A stretch of DNA of 34,743 bases, taken from the NCBI RefSeq assembly GCF_001194135.2, contig NC_068988.1, forward strand, positions 23,154,517 through 23,189,259. The letters run 5' to 3'. The DNA is from Octopus bimaculoides (taxonomy: Eukaryota). Positions 22,664-34,578 of the stretch are shown one piece after another (positions within the stretch are counted from its first letter, which is position 1; every line of letters starts with the position of its first letter). The notes beneath the pieces were generated by a model. The model did no database searches. It was not told the DNA's origin and saw only the letters and a list, made by a program, of their open reading frames with translations. The position numbers and the translations under genes were made by a program.

Positions 22664-23047
22664 CTTCAATTAAAAAAAAGAAATATATATATATATATAC
22701 ATATATATGAAGGGCTTCTTTCAGTTTCCATCTACCAAATCCACTCACAAGGCTTTGGTCAGCCCGAGGCTGTTNNNNNNNNNNNNNNNNNNNNNNNNNN
22801 NNNNNNNNNNNNNNNNNNNNNNNNNNNNNNNNNNNNNNNNNNNNNNNNNNNNNNNNNNNNNNNNNNNNNNNNNNNNNNNNNNNNNNNNNNNNNNNNNNNN
22901 NNNNNNNNNNNNNNNNNNNNNNNNNNNNNNNAATATCTTCTTTTTTTTTTTTTTCTATAACATCTTTCAAGTCTATACTTGTATACAGATTGGTTTTCAT
23001 GTATTTATTATATGCAGCTGGTGTTGTTTTACTATCTGTGTGTTGTG

Positions 23048-23122
23048 CCAAACTGCTTAAGTTATGGAGACATAAACACACCAGCATCAGTTGTCAAGCA
23101 ACAGCGGGGTTAAAAAAACGCT

Positions 23123-23163
<41 letters not shown>

Positions 23164-23315
23164 CATATATATGAAGGGCTTCTTTCAGTTTCCATCTACC
23201 AAATCCACTCACAAGGCTTTGGTCAGCCCGAGGCTGTTCTAGCAGACGCTGCATAGCCCAAGTTGCCACGCAATGGGACTGAGCCTGGAACCATATGGTT
23301 GAAAAGCAAGCCACA
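23048..23315 (-). mobile_element. Family B, partial
   Basis: Tail fragment, CA/TA tract and head. Confidence 0.8.
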
Positions 23316-23330
23316 CATATATTATATATA

Positions 23331-23582
23331 TCATCATCATCATTTAACGTCTGCTTTCCATGCTGGCATAGGTTGGAGAATTTAACTGGGGACTGGCAAA
23401 CCAGATGGCTACACTAGGCTCCAATCTGATCTGGCAGAATTTCTACAGCTGGATGCCCTTCCTAACGCCAACCACTCCAAGAGTGTAGTGGGTGCTTCTC
23501 ACATGCCACCGGCATGAGGGCCAGCCTGGCAGTATAGGCAACGGCCATGTTCAAATGGTATTTTTTTACGTGCCACCTGCAT
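23331..23582 (-). mobile_element. Family C, 3' part
   Basis: CAT tail and conserved 3' motifs. Confidence 0.85.
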
Positions 23583-23639
23583 ATATAATGTATATATTTC
23601 ATCGACCAGGATGTATAACAACTGGTCTTTATATTTATC

Positions 23640-24183
23640 CTTCATCTTTGGACACTAAACTCTGCTTGCGAAGACCTGTTGGGGCAAGTGAAATAAAAAT
23701 CGTAATTGAACCATACTCGTTGACTGGCACCTGCGCCAGTGGAGCACTAACAGCACTGTCCGAGCGTGTTCATTGCCAGAGCAGCTGTCTGGCTTCCATG
23801 CTAGTGGTCCGTAAATAGCACCATTTGAGCGTAATCGTTACCAGCGTCGCCTTCTAGAACTTGTGCTAGTGGCACGTTAGAAAATAATTTGAGTGAGGTC
23901 GTTGCTAGAGCCGCTGGACTGGCTCCCATGCAGGTGGCACGTAAAAAAACACCATTTTGAGTGTGGCTGTTGCCAGTATTGTGTGACTGACCCTTGTGCC
24001 GGTGGCATGTAAAAGCACCCACTACACTCTTGGAGTGGTTGGTGTTAAGAAGGGCATCCAGCTGTAGAAACTCTGCCAGATCAGATTGGAGCCTGGTGCA
24101 GCCTTCTGGCTTGCCAGTCCTCAGTCAAATCGTCCAACCCATGCTAGCATGGAAAGCGAACGTTAAACGATGATGATGATGAA
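23640..24183 (+). mobile_element. Family C, longest copy in the window
   Basis: 5' segment ctgcttgcgaagacctgttggggcaagtg, four internal units (23762, 23827, 23891, 23959) and a (GAT)n tail. The 5' boundary is approximate. Confidence 0.85.
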
Positions 24184-24774
24184 TGATGTATATCTGTGTT
24201 GTCTTTGTGGCAGCATTAAAGAAGAGAAGTGTTTACATAACAAATGTTTTAGTGTAAACTGCTTCTCGTTTCCTGATATTGATTTCACATTCAACAAACA
24301 CTGAACAACATTATGCCAAAACAATGCTGACCGACACTTCACCGAACAAAATAATGCTGACCAGCACAACACTGACCGATAATATATTGACCTACAAAAT
24401 AATGAATGTCACAACACTGAACAATACAATGCTAAACTGACCAACAAATGGAGACAGACTAATCATTTGCAGTTCATCAGATCAATTATTCAATGTATAA
24501 AATGATTTATTAAAGAATAATTCTCGTAACTATAACCTTGTAGACTGATCACATATTATCCAGAATATATTTCATTTCTATTATAGCCTTTTGTTGTTAT
24601 TTAGCACATACCCCCTTCAACCCCCCCCCCATCCCCATGCTTCCTATCCAACAAAATTTGAATTGAATTTGCAGACTCTTGTTAGTGATGTGGCAGCTGT
24701 GACCATCATCACATTTCTCTTTTTATTTTTCACTCATAGTGTATCTAAAATTACATTATACATCATCATCATCA

Positions 24775-25170
24775 GGCGTAGGAGTGGCTGTGGGTGTGGT
24801 AAGTAGTTTGCTTACCAACCACATGGTTCTGGGTTCAGTCCCACTGCGTGGCACCTTGGGCATGTCTTCTACTATAGCCTCGGCCCGAACAATGCCTTGT
24901 GAGTGGATTTGCTAGATGGAAACTGAAAGAAGCCCATGTGTGTGTATATGTTTGTGTGTCTGTGTTTGTTCCCCCAACATCACTTGATCGAGAGTGGTGT
25001 GTTAACCTCCCCACAACTTAGCGGTTCGGCAAAAAACAAAGACCGATAGAATAAGTATTAGGCTTACAAAGAATAAGTCCTGGGGTCGATTTGCTCGACT
25101 AAAGGCGGTGCTCCAGCATGGCCACAGTCAAATGACTGACACAAGTAAAAGAGTAAAAAGTATAAGAGTA
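24775..25170 (+). mobile_element. Family B, full-length, nested in the (CAT)n tail of a family C fragment (25171-25262)
   Basis: tcatcatcatca on both sides (24763-24774 and 25171-25182). Confidence 0.9.
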
Positions 25171-25281
25171 TCATCATCATCATCATCATCTTTTATCATC
25201 TGTTTTCCATGCTGGCATGGGTTGGACGGTCTGACCAGAGCTGGCAAGCAAGAGAGCCGCACAACAGGAGAGCGTGCTAAC

Positions 25282-25440
25282 AATTCTTTTCTACACTATG
25301 CACAAGGCCCGGAATTTTGGGGGAGGTGGCCAGTCGATTAGATCGACTCCAGTACGCAACTGGTACTTAATTCATCAACCCCGAAAGGATGAAAGGCAAA
25401 ATCGACCTAGGCGGAATTTGAACTCGGCTTACTGCCTTAA
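25282..25440 (-). mobile_element. Family A monomer with an internal head deletion
   Basis: ttaaggcagtaagc joins directly to cgagttcaaattccgcc. Confidence 0.8.
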
Positions 25441-26282
25441 CATCAATCATCTTAGCAATAATGAAGTAGTCGAAGAAAGTCTTAACTATAAAGGAGGAAT
25501 GAAGCTGAAAGTGGAGATTCCAAATAGCAAATTGGTGAGACGATAATAGGTTGTTAAATCTATTTTTGCTCCTTAAGATGTCAAACATATTGTTTTGTTT
25601 TTATTTTGTCTAAACATTATCAGCTATTTGGTTGTTTGACTTCTTTTTGTCAGTTTATTGAAATTACGGCAATGTTTTACATAATGTCTACAAGCAGCTG
25701 GAATAAATTTGTACAATTCTTGTATTTATCGTGAAAAATTTCTCTGTCTTGGATTTATCTATGGTAACCTTAGCAGTAGAATTAAAAAAAGAAAATAAAT
25801 AAGATACAAAAATAAAAAAGATGGTTCCACTCAAGAACATGAAGAAATGAATCCCAATTATTTAGAGAGAGAGAAAGAGAGAGAGAAGGGGATTATATAT
25901 TTTTCATTTAAAAATGATCAATGATTGATTATGTTGTGGTTTAATTGTAATTCAGAAACATATTTGCAGTAAGCAAAATGTTATATCATGTTAGTTTTAA
26001 TAAGACAACAATAAGAAACATTTAATTCTTTTATGCGTTTAATGTCAAGTATTCACCATGAGAAATTAATAAGATTTTCTGCTTACAGAAAATGAATAAT
26101 ATTAGGAAATCTAAAATGATTAATTGAATAATTATAAATACACACCCACACACTCACACATACATATAAATATGTTGCCATCCATTTACATCTGTTTCTA
26201 TGTGCTGGCATGAGTTAGATGAATTGTCATAATTTAACTCAGTTCTTATTTAGAGTTATTGCCCTATTAGATGGATCAGAGT

Positions 26283-26673
26283 AGAGGCGCAATGGCCCAA
26301 TGGTTAGGGCAGCGGACTCGCGGTCATAGGATCGCGGTTTCGATTCCCAGACTGGGCGTTGTGAGTGTTTATTGAGCGAAAACACCTAAAGCTCCACGAG
26401 GCTCCGGCAGAGGATGGTGGCGAACCCTGTTGTACTCTTCCACCACAACTTTCTCTCACTCTTACTTCCTGTTTCTGTTGTGCCTGTAATTCAAAGGGCC
26501 AGCCTTGTCACACTGTTTCACGCTGAATCTCCCCCGAGAACTACGTTAAGGGTACACATGTCTGTGGAGTGCTCAGCCACTTGCACGTTAATTTCACGAG
26601 CAGGCTCTTCCATTGATCAGATCAATTGGAACCCTCGACGTCGTATACGATGGAGTGCCAACAACAACAGCAA
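26283..26673 (+). mobile_element. Family D1 tRNA-Arg-like SINE, full-length, with (CAA)n tail
   Basis: ggcgcaatggcccaatggttagggcagcggactcgcggtcataggatcgcggtttcgattccc resembles tRNA-Arg. Octopus tRNA-Arg-derived SINEs (OR1/OR2) are known, but assignment to them was not verified. Confidence 0.8.
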
Positions 26674-26699
26674 GATGGATCAGAGGACCATGTCTGGCA

Positions 26700-26955
26700 C
26701 ATAGGTGCACAGGATCGGTTGTGTGATGAAGAGATTAGTTTTTCTGTCGCAGGGTTCATTCCCACTGCATGGCACCTTGGGCAAGTGTCTTCTACTACAG
26801 GCTTGGACCGATTAAAACCTTGCAAGTGGATTTGGTAGTTGAAAGGATGAAAGGCAAGGTCAGCCTCGGTGGAATTTGAACTCAGAACGTAGCAACGAGC
26901 GAAATACCACTAAGCATTTTGCCTGGCGAACTAACAATTCTGCCAGCTCGCCACC

Positions 26956-26996
<41 letters not shown>

Positions 26997-27203
26997 CCTT
27001 TCGACTAAAGGCACAAGGCCTGAAATTTTGGGGAAGGGTCTCTGTGATTATATAGACCCCACTGGTTCTTAATTTATCAACTCCGAATGGATAAAAGGTA
27101 AAGTCGACCTCGACAGAATTTGAACTCAGAACATGGTGATGGGCAAAATACTGCTAAGCATTTCGCTCAGCATCCTAACAATTCTGCCAACTCATTGCCT
27201 TGA
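26700..27203. mobile_element. Cluster: family B head (+, to 26838), family A 5' part (-, 26839-26960), family A monomer (-, 26961-27203) with (AAT)n
   Basis: Motif matches to the family patterns. Confidence 0.8.
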
Positions 27204-28045
27204 TGATACTATATAATGCTGGTTCAGTGGCCTTTTACTCTAGAGTTGCCCACAGTATGCGGCAGTAATTTCTTCAGATTAGTCAGAATTGGTCTGGATC
27301 TTGTATTAAAAAAAAAAAGCAGTCACAGACTCTGGAAATTCCAGCAAAGCACACCGCTTCGCTGTCTTGAACAAACTCCTGCCCTACTGCATTCTACTTT
27401 TTCTTTTGAATACTCCTTCCTTGGATGGTTACACAATAGCTTATACACACATGCACATACATATATTTAATTATATACACTCACACATATATATATATAT
27501 ATACCTTTATGTGTGTTCAACAGTGCTGTAAAGCAGTAGACTGAATTATAAGTCGGAAGTAGATTTGTTTTTTTCTTTTGTTTGTTTTCCAATTTTACTG
27601 TCACATAATTTCACTGTGTATATATAAACTACCTACTTAAACACATCTAAAAATACAAATGATATACATACACACACACAACACATGAACTAAACGCACG
27701 CACACATGCTAATGTCGACACATACCTACGCAGAAAAATTTATTTGTGTAACAACAGGAAATTCTTGAACTTCATGATAAAAGACCCTTACCTCATCAGC
27801 TATGCACACATACATATGCATACACATATATACAAGAAGACTGGTAATCACACACATGTTATATACAGACATTGTATATGTACACATTAACACATACACA
27901 TGTACACACATATATATGTGTGTGTATATGTGTAATTTCCTCTGTTTAAAGTTAGCAACAAATTAAATGTTAGTCATACATGTACCCACTGTGGATGTAT
28001 AATGACTGAGATGGCGGTCCTCTGATGTCACCGGTTCGTGTGTGC

Positions 28046-28095
<50 letters not shown>

Positions 28096-28287
28096 CCGTA
28101 TGAGTGAGTGTGTGGTATTTTTGCCGATGGGGTCAGTGGTAAGTGTGCGTATGAAAGGTTACAAATTACATTAGTCATTTTCGTATTCCATTCGCCTGTG
28201 TTTATAACTCACCCCGTGTTTATAACTCACCCCGTGTGTGTATGCATGTATATATACATACATAGTGTATATATATATATGAATAAG

Positions 28288-28342
<55 letters not shown>

Positions 28343-29475
28343 GCAGAACTGCAAGAATTTGGTGGTTTCTCTATTCTGTGTAAATTTAAGCCATTCTATG
28401 ACTACCACTCTCTTTTGCTATAGGTATAAAAATGGCACATTTCTGATATTTGATCTAATCCGTCTTAAAGCTTATGTGTTCTGCACATAACATCCTTTCA
28501 CACACACACATACAAACCTATAACCATAATTGATTTTGCATCCATTTTTTTTTTTCATGCTAGCATGGGTTAGACAGAGATATTATTGAGGCAACGCTTT
28601 TCCATCTAAATGCCCTTTTGTGCTAACCTTTATCCATTTTGGAAGGGATCTCTTATTCCATAGGCCTTTAAGAGTGCAAAGCGAGTATGAACAACTGAAC
28701 AATTTTGGTGACTGGGGAAATGTCAATGAGAGTGTCACTGTCTGTGAGTTAACGATTCTCAGGAAAGTCTGAACATAAGCATAAACAGACACAAACACAC
28801 ATGTATGGAAATATTTACATACATATTTCTATCTATCCAAAACGTGGTACAGAAGAACAACAAAGGAATATGCAGAAAAACAAAAAAAAAAAACACATAA
28901 TGGACACAAGCATGCTCATTCCCTCATCAGTTGTCAACCAAATATCATCACAATTTTGACACCTTATGTATGTATGTATATATATATATATATCCTCCTC
29001 CTCATCGTTTTCATGTCTAATTTTCCATGCTTATATGGGTCAGACAAAAGTACTTTATGGCAGAGTTTTCTAGTTAGAAGCCCCACCACCACCACCATCA
29101 TCACCAAACCACAACACCTGTTTCCTAGTAAAGTAATAATTTCTTGCTCTGTCAAGCAACAAACATTCCAGACATAGTTTTCATGAAAAAAATGAAAACA
29201 AACAACTTCATAATTCTTAGCACCATTCTTCAGTTCTCCAAATAGGCAAGCTGAATGGCATCAACCACTTAAGTCCCAGAATTCCACAAGCATCTTCAGT
29301 GATTATGAGTTGGTCACTCATATGTCATCAGATGCCAACTTTCGATCCTGACATGGTTTGTATGTGTCACCATGGTCAAAGTTTGTCTTTATTCTGAGCT
29401 ACTATTTTCCAAGACAGTTCTGAAGAACTCAGGTATGTTTCGTTTTTGGCTTGGTTTCTAAAACTGGATATTCTT

Positions 29476-29844
29476 CATGGTTCCGGGTTCAGTCCCACTG
29501 TGTGGCACTTTGGGCAAGTATCTTCTACTATAGCCTCGTGCCGACCAAAGCCTTGTGAGTGGATTTGGTAGACGGAAACTGAAAGAAGCCCGTTGTATAT
29601 ATGTATATGTATATATGTATGTATATATGTTTGTTTGTCTGTGTTTGTCCCCCCACCATCGCTTGACAACCGATGCTGGTGTGTTTACGTCCCCGTAACT
29701 TAGCGGTTCGGCAAAAAGAGACTGATAGAATAAGTACTAGGCTTCCAAGGAATAAGTCCTGGGGTCGATTTGCTCAGCTAAAGGCGGTGCTCCAGCATGG
29801 CCACAATCAAATGACTGAAACAAGTAAAAAAGCAAAAGAGTATA
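29476..29844 (+). mobile_element. Family B, 5' truncated and close to consensus
   Basis: Retains many CpGs. Confidence 0.9.
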
Positions 29845-29925
29845 TCGCCGACTACTTTACAGAGTGTACTGGGTGCATTTTAGTATAGCACCAACACTTG
29901 AGATGAGATGAGATCATGTCCTCAC

Positions 29926-30017
29926 CAACGTTAAAAGGATCCTTGAGACTACCTTTTGTCTCTGCTATTTTGCCAACAGCTTTACACAATTCTACGCATT
30001 TTCTCCACCCACTATTC
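29926..30017 (-). CDS. Candidate internal coding exon 2 (phase 2->1, NSGWRKCVELCKAVGKIAETKGSLKDPFNV)
   Basis: Acceptor ctacttctaacatccttccag| with a CTAAC branch motif, and donor TTG|gtgagg. 92 nt with only one open frame. Confidence 0.55.
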
Positions 30018-30439
30018 CTGGAAGGATGTTAGAAGTAGAGTCCTCAGATACCACCCCCATGGAGGGAAGGAGTGGATATCAGAATCAAACCTCATTACAC
30101 TTTCCAGCTGGATTTATAGACATCTCTATATAAGACTTTCGATATTACCCTACCAACTCATTCTCGGTTTACACCTTGGTTTCCTGCCTGTTGGCTCGTT
30201 TTATAAAAGAAAAAAAAAGCCTTATGGTGCTTACTGGGTATATTTTATCATGGCACCAACACCCAAGGGACTCTTGGCATATCCTTGACATGATTGAAGG
30301 GTATTCTCAAAGACCTATATTTCCCAGCTAGTTCACAAAGTGTACTGGATAGATTTATATACAAATACAAAGCAAAACAAGAAAGCGTGAGAGATGTCAA
30401 GATATTTCACTCAGTCAACCCATATCACAAGTAGCTCAC

Positions 30440-30489
30440 AGATGTAAAAGCTGAACTGAGGCAGTTGGATCCCACAAGGGGAAATACTT
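30440..30489 (-). CDS. Candidate internal coding exon 1 of an unidentified minus-strand gene (phase 0->2, KYFPLWDPTASVQLLH[L])
   Basis: Acceptor ctttcctgtttttcaatgttacaag| (NAGNAG alternative 3 nt downstream) and donor TCT|gtgagc. 50 nt in non-repeat DNA. All three frames are open; this frame was chosen because it joins the next candidate exon. Confidence 0.45.
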
Positions 30490-30769
30490 CTTGTAACATT
30501 GAAAAACAGGAAAGTGATATTGTTTAATTTTTTTTTTTTTAAAGATTTATCAATGCCAGTTAGCTTATATAATCTCATGCAGCTGCTGGGAATAATACAA
30601 AACAGCTTATTTACTGGAGCGCTATAGAACAACCGTTTCACTGTAAACTTCATTTGTGTTTTCAGTTTAGCCAAACAATCTCTGGTTACACCAAGGGACA
30701 GTACCTGTATTGTTTTTTTGTATGTGTACACAGTGTGGCTTTGGTATTGATCTAATAAGGACACACGTA

Positions 30770-30887
30770 ACAACACACATACACACATGCATGTGTGTGT
30801 GTGTACCCTCGCATGTACACGCATACAGTTGTGTTTTTATATATGTATAAATATATGAATATATAAGTCATGTATGCACACACACAC

Positions 30888-30930
<43 letters not shown>

Positions 30931-31099
30931 TAAATATATATATATGTATATATATGTGTGTGTATATATGTGTGTGTGTGTGTGTGCATGTGTGTGTGTG
31001 TGTGGCTATACATATATATACATATATGTCTGTGTGTATGTATATATGTGTATATATATATGTGTGTATATATATGTGTGTACATATATATATAATGTC

Positions 31100-31154
<55 letters not shown>

Positions 31155-31928
31155 GTCTGTATATATATGTATGTGTATGTGAATATGTATATATATCTAA
31201 GTCTATATGTATATGTCTATACATGTATGCACATATATATCNNNNNNNNNNNNNNNNNNNNNNNNNNNNNNNNNNNNNNNNNNNNNNNNNNNNNNNNNNN
31301 NNNNNNNNNNNNNNNNNNNNNNNNNNNNNNNNNNNNNNNNNNNNNNNNNNNNNNNNNNNNNNNNNNNNNNNNNNNNNNNNNNNNNNNNNNNNNNNNNNNN
31401 NNNNNNNNNNNNNNNNNNNNNNNNNNNNNNNNNNNNNNNNNNNNNNNNNNNNNNNNNNNNNNNNNNNNNNNNNNNNNNNNNNNNNNNNNNNNNNNNNNNN
31501 NNNNNNNNNNNNNNNNNNNNNNNNNNNNNNNNNNNNNNNNNNNNNNNNNNNNNNNNNNNNNNNNNNNNNNNNNNNNNNNNNNNNNNNNNNNNNNNNNNNN
31601 NNNNNNNNNNNNNNNNNNNNNNNNNNNNNNNNNNNNNNNNNNNNNNNNNNNNNNNNNNNNNNNNNNNNNNNNNNNNNNNNNNNNNNNNNNNNNNNNNNNN
31701 NNNNNNNNNNNNNNNNNNNNNNNNNNNNNNNNNNNNNNNNNNNNNNNNNNNNNNNNNNNNNNNNNNNNNNNNNNNNNNNNNNNNNNNNNATATGTATGTG
31801 TGTATATATATATGTACATATATATATATATGTATGTGTGTATATATATATGTATATATATATATATACATATATATATATGTATGTGTGTATATATATA
31901 TGTACATATATATATATATGTATGTGTG

Positions 31929-31975
<47 letters not shown>

Positions 31976-31984
31976 GTATGTGTG

Positions 31985-32015
<31 letters not shown>

Positions 32016-32120
32016 TTATATATATATATATATGTATGTGTGTATATATATATGTATATATATATATATATATACATACATACACATATCTGTATATATG
32101 TAGATAGATATAGATATGAA
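30770..32120. repeat. Compound CA/TG/TA microsatellite field with a gap
   Basis: Direct inspection. Confidence 0.95.
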
Positions 32121-32299
32121 CAGTCACATCTTCATAGGAGCAAATGAAATGGCATAAGTGATACTTTGTTGACATGAATGTCCTGTCAATTTTGCTACCA
32201 ACTATCATCTCCTTATCATTATGAAGGCCACCACCAAGGCTTGCTATGATCAACAACAACAACATCAACAACAAACATCAGAACAGAGACCACACTGTT

Positions 32300-33130
32300 A
32301 ATTATTAACACAACAACCCCACCCATGACCTCACCATCATGATCGTCATCATTAGTTTTCATTATAGTTGTCAGCTTCATCATAACCATCATTATCATAA
32401 CTATCATCATCATTCTCATAATTACCATCATCATCATAACCATCATCTTAGCTGTCATCATCTGTCATTATCATCATCATAGCCATTTTCATCTTAGCCG
32501 TCATCATCATCTTAGCCCTCATAGTCATCATCATAGCCATCATCATAGCCATTATCATCATCTTAGCTATCATCATCATCATAGCCGTCATCATAGTCCT
32601 CGTCATCATAGCTATCATCATCATAATCATCATCATAACCATCATCTTAGCCGTCATCATCATCGTAGCCATCATCATCTTAGCCATCATCATCATCATA
32701 GCCGTCATCATAGTTCTCGTCATTATAGCTATCATCATCATAGTCATCATCATAATCATCAACTTAGCTGTCATCATCTGTCACCATCATCATCATAGCC
32801 ATCATCAACTTAGCCGTTATCATCATCATAGCCATCATCCTCATAGCTATCATCATCATAGCCATCATCATCTTCGCCATCATCATCATCATAGCCGTCA
32901 TCATAGTCCTCGTCATCATAACTATCATCATCATAGCCATTTTCATCTTAGTCGTCATCATCTTAGCCGTCATCATCATCATCTTAGCCATCATCATCAT
33001 CTTAGCCATCATCATCATCATAGCTGTCATCATAGTCCTCGTCATCATAGCTGTCTTCATCATCGTCATCATTATCATCATCATCTTCGTCAGTTTCATC
33101 ATGTTTCTTTTCATTATCCTTATCTTCATC
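32300..33130. repeat. (CAT)n-derived complex tandem repeat
   Basis: catcatcatagcc, cttagcc and gtcctcgtc variants recur. Confidence 0.9.
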
Positions 33131-33420
33131 AAACTACCACTGTCTCTGACCCCACCCCCACCCACCACAAAAACAACAAAACCCACCATCATATCAAACA
33201 AAACAAAATATATTTAATTATCAATGTCTGCTCCTCCTCTTATACAAATCCATCATCACCATCATCATATTGCTCCTATCCTTCACCGTTATCATCGTTA
33301 CGGAAACTCGTTATTTAAAATCAGCTTAACAGTTAAAGTCAACAATTCTCTACGTACAGAACAGTCTGTTCTTTGTGATGACCACCACTACTTAGAAATC
33401 ATTTCAGACCCACTCCTCAC

Positions 33421-33745
33421 TATCATCATCATCATCATCATCATCGTTTAACGTCCGCTTTCCATGCTAGCATGGGTTGGACGATTTGACTGAGGACTGG
33501 CGAACCAGATGGCTACACCAGGCTCCAATCTGATCTGGCAGAGTTTCTACAGCTGAATGCCCTTCCTAACGCCAACCACTCCGAGAGTGTAGTGGGTGCT
33601 TTTACGTGCCACCGGCACGCGGGGCCAGTCACACGGTACTGGCATTGGCCACACTCAAAATGGTGTTTTTTATGTGCCACCAGCACGAGGGCCAGTCACA
33701 TGGTACTGGCAACGGCCATACTCAAAATGGTGTTTTTTACATGCC
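33421..33745 (-). mobile_element. Family C, 3' part, close to consensus
   Basis: CAT tail, palindrome and two internal units. Confidence 0.9.
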
Positions 33746-33749
33746 TAAT

Positions 33750-33972
33750 AACCCTTACGACTGTAGGTACAAGGGCAGAAATCTTGCGGGACAGGGGCTA
33801 TGCGATTACAGTGAACTAGTGCTCCATTGGTACTTCATTTATGAACCCCATCACAAAAATGAAAAACAAAGCTGATCTTGGTGAAATTTGAATTTGGTGC
33901 ATAGGGAACCAGACGTAACTTTGCAAAGCATTTTGTCCGGCGTACTAACAATCCTGCCAGTGTGCTGCCTTA
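33750..33972 (-). mobile_element. Family A, old monomer with tail 2
   Basis: Degenerate tail 2, core and head. Confidence 0.65.
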
Positions 33973-34103
33973 ATTAATAACCCTTTCTATCATATGACTG
34001 TAAAAGCATCGAGCGAGATTTCACAGCTATTTCTAGCAGGTTGAATAAGTTGCTTGGAGGTGTTGTGGTTGGCTTGTAGAAAAGGTTTGTGTGTTTGTTG
34101 GGT

Positions 34104-34139
<36 letters not shown>

Positions 34140-34317
34140 GGGGGTATAAAGTCATTAAGTTCAGAAAAAGCAAACAGTTTTAAAGACAAGGCAAAGGTGT
34201 CGGGGCCGGTGGGGCAGTGGTCCATTGAATGGAGTTTTTTTTTTGGTTTATTGAGGACTTGTATATCAACTGGTGTGTACAATGTGTGTCTCTGTCTTTA
34301 CACAGAGACCTTTGTGT

Positions 34318-34351
<34 letters not shown>

Positions 34352-34535
34352 ATGAATATTTATATTTAGATACATGTATATTACATGTGTATATACAGGA
34401 ATGTTTTTTATGTATGTATGTACATATCTGTTACTCTTCCTCTCTTCCTCTATATGTAAACCTAAAAAAACTTGTATATACATACATACATACATACATA
34501 CATACATACATGAGTCTGTGAAAATACACACACAT

Positions 34536-34578
<43 letters not shown>

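Noticed and set aside
26283-26355. tRNA-Arg gene
   Set aside because: No proper acceptor stem or terminator. It continues into a SINE body and has a paralog at 16707.
29170-29450. Decayed RTE reverse-transcriptase fragment on the minus strand
   Set aside because: Only vague similarity with multiple stops; it cannot be supported without an HMM search.
30615-30704. Minus-strand 90-nt phase 0->0 exon upstream of candidate exon 1
   Set aside because: The acceptor is A-rich with no pyrimidine tract. It is possible but too weak to call.
30837-32274. Long ORFs of 250-425 aa
   Set aside because: They are translations of TA/TG microsatellite and N-runs (YIYI, CVCV, X). The same applies to the ORFs at 4925-6237, 6620-7496 and 13148-14346.
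32219-33201. Met-rich ORFs as possible reflectins, or His-rich cephalopod structural proteins on the other strand
   Set aside because: They lack the Tyr/Trp/Pro-containing reflectin motif and Gly-His repeats; they are translations of a CAT repeat.
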